A DNA stretch of 64,000 nt. Origin: Trueperaceae bacterium (GTDB lineage: Bacteria > Deinococcota > Deinococci > Deinococcales > Trueperaceae). The notes under the pieces are model-generated. The model worked only from the letters and a program-made list of their open reading frames with translations. It searched no databases and was not told where the DNA came from. The DNA lies in assembly GCA_965213925.1 (NCBI GenBank), contig OZ243927.1, positions 2,112,001 to 2,176,000 of the forward strand, given 5' to 3'. Position numbers and translations under genes: made by a program. This document shows positions 55,983 through 64,000 of the stretch, piece by piece. How positions within the stretch are numbered: position 1 is the stretch's first letter; each line of letters starts with the position of its first letter.

Positions 55983-56960
55983 ATGAAGCGGATCGTCGGT
56001 ATCGTCTCTGTCCTGTTACTGAGCACGCTGAGTATGACCTTTGCGCAGGAGTACACGCTCCTCGCCGGGCATCAGCTCGCTGCTGGCACGCCTTTCGACC
56101 AAGGGCTTATCCGCTTCGCCGAACTCGTGGAGGAGAAAACGGACGGGCAGGTCACTGTGGAGGTCAATTCAGGCGGAGCCATCGGCAGCGAGTTGGAGAT
56201 GTTTGAAGGGATGACGGTCGGCACCGTGGACGTGGCCGTGGTCGCGCCGAACTCCATCGCCGAGTTCGTCCCCGAAGCGACGATTCTCTCCATGCCCTTT
56301 TTAGTCGACAGCCGCGAGATGCGCGACCAGGTCATCGAGAGCGAAGCATTCCAACAAGTTGCCGACCTCATTCAAGAGCAGACCGGCGTCGAGGTCTTGG
56401 GCGTCTTCGGCGGCGGCATCCGCAACATGTTCTTCACCGAGTCGGTGGAGAGCGTGGAGGGAATGCAGGGACGGCGCTTCCGCGTGCAGCCGAGCAACAT
56501 CTTGACGGATTCTTTTAGCGCGGTCGGCTTAGAGCCCACCGTCGTCGCCTACTCCGAGCTTTACAACGCGCTCGCGCAAGGCGTCGTGTCGGGCGCGGAA
56601 AACGAGTCGGTGTACGTCTTGTCGCAAGCCTTTTACGAGCCCGCGCCCTACTTGCTTCAGACGCAGCACGAAGTCACCATTCGCCCCCTCGTCATCAGTG
56701 GCATGACACTGGACCGGCTGCCGCCCGAACTCGCGGACGCGGTGCGTGAGGCGGGCGCGGAGGCGTCGGCGTATGCCAGAGAGGTCGAAGCAGAAGCCGA
56801 TGACGCCGCCTTACAAGAACTCCAAGAGGAGCACGGTATGACGGTCTATGAGATCGACACCGCGCCGCTTATCGAAGAGGTGCAGCCCATCTGGAGCGAG
56901 TACGCCGAGCAGTGGGGGCTCACGGACGTGTTAGAGCAGATCACCGCGCTGCGCCAGTAG
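55983..56960 (+). CDS. dctP: TRAP transporter substrate-binding protein
   Basis: Signal peptide; FRVQ (conserved Arg) and ELYNALAQGVVSGAEN motifs. Confidence 0.92.
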   Translation: MKRIVGIVSVLLLSTLSMTFAQEYTLLAGHQLAAGTPFDQGLIRFAELVEEKTDGQVTVEVNSGGAIGSELEMFEGMTVGTVDVAVVAPNSIAEFVPEATILSMPFLVDSREMRDQVIESEAFQQVADLIQEQTGVEVLGVFGGGIRNMFFTESVESVEGMQGRRFRVQPSNILTDSFSAVGLEPTVVAYSELYNALAQGVVSGAENESVYVLSQAFYEPAPYLLQTQHEVTIRPLVISGMTLDRLPPELADAVREAGAEASAYAREVEAEADDAALQELQEEHGMTVYEIDTAPLIEEVQPIWSEYAEQWGLTDVLEQITALRQ

Positions 56961-56963
56961 CCC

Positions 56964-57509
56964 GTGAAGCGCCCCCTTGACCTTTTACAAACCGCGCTGG
57001 CTGGTCTCATGACCAGCCTCCTTTTGCTGTTTACGGTGGTGGTTTCCTACCAGGTCCTCGCCCGCTACGTCGGCTTCGTGCCCCGCGCGCTCTGGACCGA
57101 AGAGGTCGCCCGCTACGCCTTTATCTGGATGCTCTTTGTGGGCTCGGCGATTGCGGTGCGCACGCTTTCGCACTTCACCATTGACCTCTTGCCGAACCTG
57201 AGCCCACGTGCGAACAAAATTGTCAACGTCATCGTCGCCTTGCTCATGCTCGCGGTTGCGCTCCTTATTCTTTTTGGCGGCGTCCGCTTTTCGCAAATTG
57301 GCATGAACCGCGTCTCGACCTCTTCGGGAATCCGGCTAGGCTACGTGTACATGGCGCTGCCGGTGTCGGGGGCGGCGATGGTAGTGTTTTTGCTCGAGCG
57401 CCTCGTCAACGTAGTCCAGGGTAAAGAGCTAGAGAACAACCCCGACGCGGTGAGTGAAACGGACGTCAAGCAAACTCCTGAGTCCCAGAAGAACGAAGGT
57501 GAACCGTGA
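56964..57509 (+). CDS. dctQ: TRAP transporter small permease
   Basis: QVLARY, WTEEVARY and HFTID motifs; four TM segments. Confidence 0.9.
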   Translation: MKRPLDLLQTALAGLMTSLLLLFTVVVSYQVLARYVGFVPRALWTEEVARYAFIWMLFVGSAIAVRTLSHFTIDLLPNLSPRANKIVNVIVALLMLAVALLILFGGVRFSQIGMNRVSTSSGIRLGYVYMALPVSGAAMVVFLLERLVNVVQGKELENNPDAVSETDVKQTPESQKNEGEP

Positions 57510-58777
57510 CCGAAGCGCTCGTCCTGCTCGTGAGCTTCCTCGCGCTCATCACCTTGCGCGTGCCTATCGCCTTTGCCCTGCTGCTGTCGGGCTCCCTCTT
57601 CTTCTTCTTCGAAGACCGCTTGGTTCCCTGGACCATCACCCAGCGCATGTTCTCAGGTGTGGACTCCTTCGTCATCTTGGCCGTGCCTCTTTTCATCCTC
57701 ACAGCCAACATCATGAACGAGGCGCAGGTGACGAGCCGCCTCATCCGCTTGACGATGGCGTTGGTCGGCGTGATTCGCGGCGGCTTGGGCATGGTCAACG
57801 TGGCGACGAGCATGATCTTCGCGGGCGTGTCGGGCTCTTCGACGGCGGACACGGCGGCGGTAGGCTCGGTGCTCATCCCGCAGATGACCAAGCGCGGCTA
57901 CGACAAGGAGTTCTCCGTCGCGGTGACGGCGTCATCGTCCGTCATTGGGACGATCATCCCGCCGTCCATTCAGATGATCTTTTGGGGCGCGCTCACCAAC
58001 ACCTCTATCGGCGCGATGTTTTTGGGTGGAATGATTCCGGGGCTGCTCATCGGTGGGGGGATGCTCGCGGTGGTTTACGTGACGGCGGTGCGCCAAGACT
58101 ACCCCACCGAAGACCGCATCGCGCTGAGCGAGGTTCGCGCTGCTTTCTGGGATTCGCTACTCGCTTTGGGCGTGCCCGTCGTCGTGATTGGCGGTATCAT
58201 CCTGGGTATTGTGACCGCGACGGAGGCGGCGGTGCTCTCGGTGCTTTACGCGCTCGCTTTAGGTTTATTCGTCTACCGCTCGATAGGCTGGCGCGACCTG
58301 CCGCGCATCTTCCGCGAAAGCGCCAACCTCTCGTGCTTGCCGCTTTTCGCGCTCGCGGCTGCCTCGGTCTTCAGCTTTCTCCTTGCGTACTACCGCATTC
58401 CGCGACTTTTAGGCGGCGCGTTGGAGGGCGTGCCCCTCGTCTTGCTGCTGCCCGCCATCGTCTTAGTCTGGCTCCTCATCGGCACGTTTTTAGACGCGCT
58501 GCCTGCGATGGTCATCATGATTCCGGTGCTCGCGCCGCTCGTGACCTCGGCGGGACTCGACCCGGTGCAGTACGGCGTGATCTCGGTGATGGCGCTGGCG
58601 TCGGGGCTGATTACGCCGCCCTACGGTTTGTGTCTACTGCTGTCCGCCTCGATTGCCGACATCCCGATGGCGCAGGCGATACGGGGATTATGGCCCTTCT
58701 TCTTGGTTATCATGAGCGTCATCGTGCTCTGTATGCTCTTTCCTCCCATCGTGACGTGGCTGCCTGGGCTAATGTGA
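57506..58777 (+). CDS. dctM: TRAP transporter large permease
   Basis: AVPLFIL, GVSGSSTAD, IIPPSI, TATEAA and ITPPYG motifs. Confidence 0.93.
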   Translation: MTEALVLLVSFLALITLRVPIAFALLLSGSLFFFFEDRLVPWTITQRMFSGVDSFVILAVPLFILTANIMNEAQVTSRLIRLTMALVGVIRGGLGMVNVATSMIFAGVSGSSTADTAAVGSVLIPQMTKRGYDKEFSVAVTASSSVIGTIIPPSIQMIFWGALTNTSIGAMFLGGMIPGLLIGGGMLAVVYVTAVRQDYPTEDRIALSEVRAAFWDSLLALGVPVVVIGGIILGIVTATEAAVLSVLYALALGLFVYRSIGWRDLPRIFRESANLSCLPLFALAAASVFSFLLAYYRIPRLLGGALEGVPLVLLLPAIVLVWLLIGTFLDALPAMVIMIPVLAPLVTSAGLDPVQYGVISVMALASGLITPPYGLCLLLSASIADIPMAQAIRGLWPFFLVIMSVIVLCMLFPPIVTWLPGLM

Positions 58778-58812
58778 GGGCAGTAACGAGCATGAAAGTG
58801 AGAGAAAAGGAA

Positions 58813-58868
58813 AAAGGACTGAGGACTGAGGTTAAAGTCTTTTCTTTCCTCTCAGTCCTCAGTCCTTT
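58813..58868. repeat. Heptamer-periodic hairpin (AGGACTG type), copy 2
   Basis: aaaggactgaggactgag/ctcagtcctcagtccttt, a perfect 18-bp stem. Confidence 0.75.
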
Positions 58869-58914
58869 GCACTTTTAGCTTATTTTTGCTTTCCCAGAAC
58901 GGCACGGTGCAACA

Positions 58915-60510
58915 TTGCGAAATATAAATAAACTCGTTGACGTAGCGGAAGTGGTAGCGCGGATTCCCGACGGGGCGACGCTGTCGGTGAGTGCCTCGAG
59001 CGCCTTGGGCTGCCCTGACAAGGTCTTGGAAGCGGTTGGCGCACGCTTCCGCGAAACGGGGCATCCGAAAGAGGTCACGAGCCTCCACCCCATCGCTGCG
59101 GGCGACATGTACGGCGTCCCTGGTATCGACCACTTAGCCCAAGACGGACTCTTGAAGCGCGTCATCGCCGGGTCCTATCCGAGCGGGCCGTCGTCTACGC
59201 CCTCGCCCGCAATTTGGCGCATGATTTTAGAGAACCGCGTCGAAGCGTATAATCTGCCGAGCGGCGTCCTCTACCACATGCACGGCGAGGCGGCGGCGGG
59301 GCGTCCGGGCGTGCTGACGAAAGTCGGGCTAGAGACGTTTGTAGACCCCTGCTTAGAGGGTGGGCGTATGAACGCCTGCACGACTGAAGATATTGTGGAG
59401 AGGCTCGAGTTCAAAAACGACACCCACCTCTTCTATCCAGCCATCCCGGTAGACGTCGCCATCATCCGAGCAACGACCGCCGACGAAGCGGGCAACCTGA
59501 CGGTGGAGCACGAGGGTGCGCCGTTGGGGGTTCTCGAGCAGGCGTTAGCGGCGAAGGCGAACGGCGGCACCGTCGTCGCACAGGTGAAACGGGTGGCGGC
59601 GGCGGGAACCCTGAACGCTCAAGACGTGCGCGTCCCCGGTGCACTCGTGGACTTCATCGTCGTAGACCCCGACCAGCGCCAAACGACGGAGACGGACTAC
59701 GAGCCCGCCATCAGTGGAGAGGTCAAGCGACCTCTTTCTTCGTTCGAGTTACCTGAGTGGAGTATAGAAAAGGTCATCGCCCGCCGCGCTGCTATGGAGT
59801 TACAGCGCGGCGACATCGTCAACTTAGGCTTCGGCATCTCGGCGCTGGTGCCGTATATTTTGCTAGAAGAAGGACTTCACGGCGCAGTCACCTGGGCGAT
59901 CGAGCAGGGCGCGGTGGGTGGCTTGCCGCTCCGTGACTTTCAGTTCGGCTGCGCCAGCAACGCCGACGCGCTCGTCCCGTCGCCCTTACAGTTCAACCTC
60001 TTTCAAGGGGGCGGCTTTCAGCGTGCCATGCTTTCTTTTATGCAAGTCGATAGGGAGGGCAACGTCAACGTCTCCAAGCTGAGCGCCAAGCCCCACGTCA
60101 CAGCGGGCGTCGGCGGCTTCATCGACATCACGCACAAGTGTCCGCACCTCGTCTTCAGTGGCACGTTCGCGGCGGGTGGCTTGAAAACGGAGTGTCGAGA
60201 CGGCGAACTGCGTATCGTACAAGAGGGCAAAGCGAAGAAGTTCGTCCCACAAGTCGAGCAGGTGACGCTGAGCGGTAAGCAAACTCAGTTAAAGGGGCAG
60301 CGCGTCACCTACGTGACCGAAAGGTGCGTGCTCGAGCTAACCCCCACCGGACTCGTAGTCACCGAAGTTGCCCCTGGAATCGACTTACAAAAAGATATTC
60401 TCAACCAAGCTGAAATCTCACTCGAGGTCAGTCCGAACATTAAAGAGATGGACGCTACACTTTTTCGTCAAGAGGTCTTAGGGGATGTTCTTACGAGGCG
60501 TTTGGGATGA
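58915..60510 (+). CDS. Acyl-CoA:acetate/3-ketoacid CoA-transferase (YdiF/Pct-like, fused family I)
   Basis: TKVGLETFVDP, IRATTADEAGN, VNLGFGI, AIEQG (candidate catalytic Glu), GNVNVS and YVTERCV motifs. Confidence 0.88.
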   Translation: MRNINKLVDVAEVVARIPDGATLSVSASSALGCPDKVLEAVGARFRETGHPKEVTSLHPIAAGDMYGVPGIDHLAQDGLLKRVIAGSYPSGPSSTPSPAIWRMILENRVEAYNLPSGVLYHMHGEAAAGRPGVLTKVGLETFVDPCLEGGRMNACTTEDIVERLEFKNDTHLFYPAIPVDVAIIRATTADEAGNLTVEHEGAPLGVLEQALAAKANGGTVVAQVKRVAAAGTLNAQDVRVPGALVDFIVVDPDQRQTTETDYEPAISGEVKRPLSSFELPEWSIEKVIARRAAMELQRGDIVNLGFGISALVPYILLEEGLHGAVTWAIEQGAVGGLPLRDFQFGCASNADALVPSPLQFNLFQGGGFQRAMLSFMQVDREGNVNVSKLSAKPHVTAGVGGFIDITHKCPHLVFSGTFAAGGLKTECRDGELRIVQEGKAKKFVPQVEQVTLSGKQTQLKGQRVTYVTERCVLELTPTGLVVTEVAPGIDLQKDILNQAEISLEVSPNIKEMDATLFRQEVLGDVLTRRLG

Positions 60511-61265
60511 CCTTGATTAGGCTCAAGCTTGGGCAAGTCGCCACCCTCACGCTGAACCGTCCCGACAAACTCAACGCCCTCACGGCGGAGATGTTAGACG
60601 AATTAGAGGCGCACCTCTTCGAATTGGAGCGTGACCAAGAGGTGCGCGCCCTGCTGCTCAAAGCGGAAGGACGAGCGTTTTGCGTCGGGGCGGACATCCA
60701 CGCCTGGATGAGTCTGGAGCCTTTAGAGATGTGGCGCGTTTGGACGCGGCGCGGACATGAGGTCTTTAGAAGGCTGGCGACGTTGCCGCAACCCGTCATC
60801 ACCGTCATTCAGGGCTATGCGTTCGGGGGCGGGCTCGAGCTTGCCCTAGCTGCTGACGTGCGTCTCGCTTCAGAAAGTGCGGCATTTGCGATGCCTGAAA
60901 CCGGCTTGGCGACGCTGCCCGGTTGGGGCGGGACGGAGCGGTTGCCTCAGCTTATCGGCGTGGCGCGGGCGAAGCAGATGATCTTCTCGGGTGAGCGGTT
61001 GGGTGCGGATAGGGCGGCGCAGTGGGGCTTGGTCAATGAGGTGCTGCCTGAAGCGGACCTTTCGGTTAGGGCCGATGAACTTGCACAGCGAATCGCGAAC
61101 AACGCACCTCTCGCGGTGCAGATGGCGAAGCAGATTCTTAACGGTGAGGCAGGCGGACCGCTGACCGAGGCGTTGGCAGGCGGCTTGAGTGCGTTTACGC
61201 AAGATGCCAAAGAAGGGCTCGACGCTTTCGCTGAAAAACGCCCGCCGAAATTCGAAGGGATATAG
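60507..61265 (+). CDS. Enoyl-CoA hydratase/isomerase family protein
   Basis: LNRPDKLNAL, AFCVGADI, GGGLELA and MPETGL; both crotonase Glu residues present. Confidence 0.9.
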   Translation: MTLIRLKLGQVATLTLNRPDKLNALTAEMLDELEAHLFELERDQEVRALLLKAEGRAFCVGADIHAWMSLEPLEMWRVWTRRGHEVFRRLATLPQPVITVIQGYAFGGGLELALAADVRLASESAAFAMPETGLATLPGWGGTERLPQLIGVARAKQMIFSGERLGADRAAQWGLVNEVLPEADLSVRADELAQRIANNAPLAVQMAKQILNGEAGGPLTEALAGGLSAFTQDAKEGLDAFAEKRPPKFEGI

Positions 61266-62378
61266 ATGATAGAGGCTCGAGCTTTACAAGAGCGTGCGGA
61301 GGAGGGGTTGGGGTTCGCCGCAAAGCAACTCCGCACCCTCATTACGAACCACCCCGACTTCTTCCCGCTCTACACCGAAAATGGCGAATGGAAGCATGGC
61401 AAAGAAGCCTGGACGCGCTGGTGCGACGGATTTTTAGCAGGGATGCTCTGGATTGCGGCGCGGCGTAGCGGTGACAAGTGGTGGCGCGAGCGGGCAGAGC
61501 GCTACTCGTTGCTGTTAGAAGACAGACAATATGACCGCGACGTACACGACTTAGGTTTCGTCTTCTGGTCGAGTTGGAAAAGGTGGCTGGACCAGACCGA
61601 AGATGAAAGGGAGCGCGAGCGAATCGACGCCGTTATCATCCAAGCGGGCAAGACGATGGGCTTGCGCTTCAACGAAAAGGGGAAGTTCCTGCGCTCGTTT
61701 GTCGCGCCGGAAAGCTGCTTTATCGACATCATGATGAACGTCGGGATCATCTTCTACGCGGCGCAGAGAGGTGGGGACGAGACACTTTATGATAGAGCGC
61801 TCTCGCACTGCCTCGCCACCCGTCGCTACCTTGTGAGAGGCGACGGAAGCACCGCGCATGAAGGGATTTTCGACCTAGATACGGGCGAGTTCTTGCGCCA
61901 ATCCACCCATCAGGGTTGGCGCGGTGATTCGTCGTGGGCGCGGGGCCAGGCGTGGGCGCTCTACGGGTTCGGCACGGCGTACACCTACACCCAAGACGAA
62001 CGCCTTTTAGATACCGCCAAACGCTGCGCCGACTTCTTCATCTCGCGCACGCCCGAGCACGGCGTCCCGCCGAACGACTGGGAGGAGCCTGACCCCGCGC
62101 AACCTTTTGAGAGTTCCGCTGCGGCAATCGCCTCGAGCGGCTTGTTGCAACTCGCTGAATTAACTGGAGAGACCCGCTACCGAGAGGCGGCATTACGTAC
62201 TTTAGACACCCTCCTCACCCCTGAATTCCTCGCCGTCGACACGCCCGGCTGGGAAGGTATCTTAAAACACGGCTCGTACCACGAGCGCAAAAGCTTGGGC
62301 GTGGACGAGAGCGTGATGTGGGGCGAGTATTTCTTCGTGGAGGCGTTGGATAAGCTGACGCAAGAGGTCGAGAGGTGA
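61266..62378 (+). CDS. Glycoside hydrolase family 88 (unsaturated glucuronyl hydrolase-like)
   Basis: WCDGF..G.LW, HDLGF, IDIMMN, THQG, WARGQAWALYGF, SSAAAIA and WGEYFF motifs. Confidence 0.9.
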   Translation: MIEARALQERAEEGLGFAAKQLRTLITNHPDFFPLYTENGEWKHGKEAWTRWCDGFLAGMLWIAARRSGDKWWRERAERYSLLLEDRQYDRDVHDLGFVFWSSWKRWLDQTEDERERERIDAVIIQAGKTMGLRFNEKGKFLRSFVAPESCFIDIMMNVGIIFYAAQRGGDETLYDRALSHCLATRRYLVRGDGSTAHEGIFDLDTGEFLRQSTHQGWRGDSSWARGQAWALYGFGTAYTYTQDERLLDTAKRCADFFISRTPEHGVPPNDWEEPDPAQPFESSAAAIASSGLLQLAELTGETRYREAALRTLDTLLTPEFLAVDTPGWEGILKHGSYHERKSLGVDESVMWGEYFFVEALDKLTQEVER

Positions 62379-62974
62379 TGTCAGAGGTATTTTCAAGGCT
62401 CGAGCAAGCCAAAATCGTCGGCGTGTTACGAGCTGATGCGGGAGCGCAAGACCAGGCGGAAGCGGCGCTGAAGGCAGGATTAGAGGTGTTGGAAGTCACG
62501 TTCTCCACGCCCAATGCAACCGACCTCATTCAGCGTCTGCGTGCCAATTATCCCGAGAAACTCATCGGTGCGGGGACGGTGCGAACCTTTGAGCAGTTAG
62601 AGCAGGCTGCTAGTGCGGGAGGGCAGTTTGCGGTGAGTCCGCATTTGGAGCCAAAGTTGATCGAACATGCTGCTACGCTTGACTTACCCTACATTCCCGG
62701 CACGTCCACACCCACCGAAATCGCAAGAGCTTTATCTCTAGGCTGCACCTTGCTTAAAGTTTTCCCCGTCCGTCCGCTAGGCGGCGTCGATTACCTGAGC
62801 AGCTTGCTCGGTCCCTACCCTGAACTCGAGCTGATGGTGACGGGCGGCGTCAAAGCGGAAGAGGTCGGTGCGTACCTGCGCGCGGGCGCTAAGGCGGTTG
62901 GGCTAGGGTCACTTTTCGCCTCTGACGCTGAAGAGACTGAGGCTCGAGTCCGACGCGTACTGGGCGCGCTATGA
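62378..62974 (+). CDS. eda: KDPG/KHG aldolase
   Basis: EVTF, IGAGTV, FAVSP, PGTSTPTE, LKVFP and TGGV motifs. Confidence 0.9.
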   Translation: MSEVFSRLEQAKIVGVLRADAGAQDQAEAALKAGLEVLEVTFSTPNATDLIQRLRANYPEKLIGAGTVRTFEQLEQAASAGGQFAVSPHLEPKLIEHAATLDLPYIPGTSTPTEIARALSLGCTLLKVFPVRPLGGVDYLSSLLGPYPELELMVTGGVKAEEVGAYLRAGAKAVGLGSLFASDAEETEARVRRVLGAL

Positions 62975-63384
62975 ACCTCAGCCGCCACGCTTCGCGCGGC
63001 TGAGGTTGCGCAGGAAAATGGCGTGGTGGTCGCACCCGAACTGCCGCGCGAAGCTGTGGCGGGCGCGGACAGCCTTCGAAAAGTGGACAGGTGCTTGCTC
63101 GAGCGGCGACGCAGACCCTCCTTCCCTTTGTCGATAGTCTTTTACTCAGCGCTCCTGCTGACTTGGAGGCGTTAGAGGGTAGCGCTGACGAACTGGCTGA
63201 ACGTCTACCTCTTGTATGCGTTAAGCGCGGCGAGCAAGGCTACACGGTTTATAAGGGAGGCTCGAGAATCGACTTTCCTCCCACGAGTGCAGACGTTGTC
63301 GGTACAACGGGCGCGGGCGAGCTTGCGAGTCGGGCGGCGGCTGCATCTGTCGCTTATAGAGGTGCAGTGCCCCCTCGAGGCTAA
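62971..63384 (+). pseudogene. Decayed PfkB-family (KDG kinase-like) gene
   Basis: Fragments in different frames: LRAAEVAQENG, PNCRAKLW (compare NYRxxLW), VCVKRGEQG and VVGTTGAGE (compare VDTTGAGD). Far too short for a complete gene. Confidence 0.7.
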
Positions 63385-63387
63385 CGT

Positions 63388-64000
63388 TCACATATTCGTA
63401 AACTGGTACGCCTCTTGAATCAGCTCGAGACTTCCCTTCGCCATCTCACCTGTCACCAGCGGGTCGCGCCCCTCGCGGATCGATCCGATAAAGTCCTGAA
63501 CGACGCGCTCATGGTTCGCGGTTGAAGTCTGTTTCGGGTCGGCGGCGCTGCTATCTGCCATGTCGCTCTCAGGTTTCGGTACGCCCGGCACGTCCCAGCG
63601 CACGATGCGCTCTCCCTCAATCCGCAACGAGCCCTCCGTCCCGCAGAGTTCAACTGTATGCGCGACGCCCGGCTTGCTCGCGGTCGTGCCGCAGATGGAG
63701 CCTAAAGCGCCGTTCTGAAACTCGAGCCCCACCACCGCCGTATCCTCGACCTGAATCTCTCGTGCTAACCTCTTGCTAAACGCGGCGACTCGCCCGACCT
63801 CTCCGAACATCCAGAGCGCCAAGTCCACCAGATGAATCCCCTGATTCATGAGTACGCCGCCGCCGTCGAGGTCTTTGGTGCCGCGCCACGCGGCCGAGTC
63901 GTAATAGTCCTGCCCTCGGAAGTAGGGCATGGTGATAGACAGGAGGACGGGACGCCCGAACGCGGCGCTGTCTACCGCGGCTTTGACCTCTTGGAAGAAG
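63388..64000 (-). CDS. Gfo/Idh/MocA family oxidoreductase (5' end lies beyond the window)
   Basis: WRGT..LDGGGVLMNQGIHLVD and VEDTA motifs; frame open to the window end. Confidence 0.88.
   Translation of the reverse strand, partial: FFQEVKAAVDSAAFGRPVLLSITMPYFRGQDYYDSAAWRGTKDLDGGGVLMNQGIHLVDLALWMFGEVGRVAAFSKRLAREIQVEDTAVVGLEFQNGALGSICGTTASKPGVAHTVELCGTEGSLRIEGERIVRWDVPGVPKPESDMADSSAADPKQTSTANHERVVQDFIGSIREGRDPLVTGEMAKGSLELIQEAYQFTNM

Noticed and set aside
57454..58878. 474-aa alternative-frame ORF over dctM, and similar ORFs at 27981-28763, 13651-14319, 16905-17600 and 38668-39366
   Set aside because: Mostly Arg/Pro/Ala-rich shadow frames typical of GC-rich coding DNA. They lack motifs and largely overlap well-supported genes.

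Overview
A GC-rich, gene-dense chromosomal segment from a Deinococcota bacterium, probably Trueperaceae-like. Support for this comes from a Thermus-type homoisocitrate dehydrogenase, an MqnP-like prenyltransferase and many apparently leaderless genes with a -10 box 5-7 nt before the start codon. Housekeeping and metabolic content includes rbsK, korAB, an Aap/Bzt amino-acid ABC transporter, map, carA, tRNA-His and tRNA-Leu, modABC, meaB, coaD, hslO, moeB and pdp. I saw no CRISPR array, integrase, transposase or prophage. The most interesting items are: (1) an IclR-TRAP catabolic operon joining a CoA-transferase and an enoyl-CoA hydratase to a GH88 hydrolase and KDPG aldolase, with a decayed KDG kinase; (2) a LOV plus six-PAS histidine kinase with a receiver protein and a second hybrid kinase; (3) a highly structured, switch-like 175-nt leader before a cation/H+ antiporter; (4) an ABC permease with an inserted SdrD-B-like acidic domain; (5) an Hsp33 with an extra 4-Cys tail; (6) several families of small intergenic elements (a TIR-bounded MITE-like element, heptamer-periodic hairpins, a 62-nt repeat with a compensatory base pair, REP remnants); and (7) several internally deleted gene relics. 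All product calls come from motif recognition by eye. No database searches were run.
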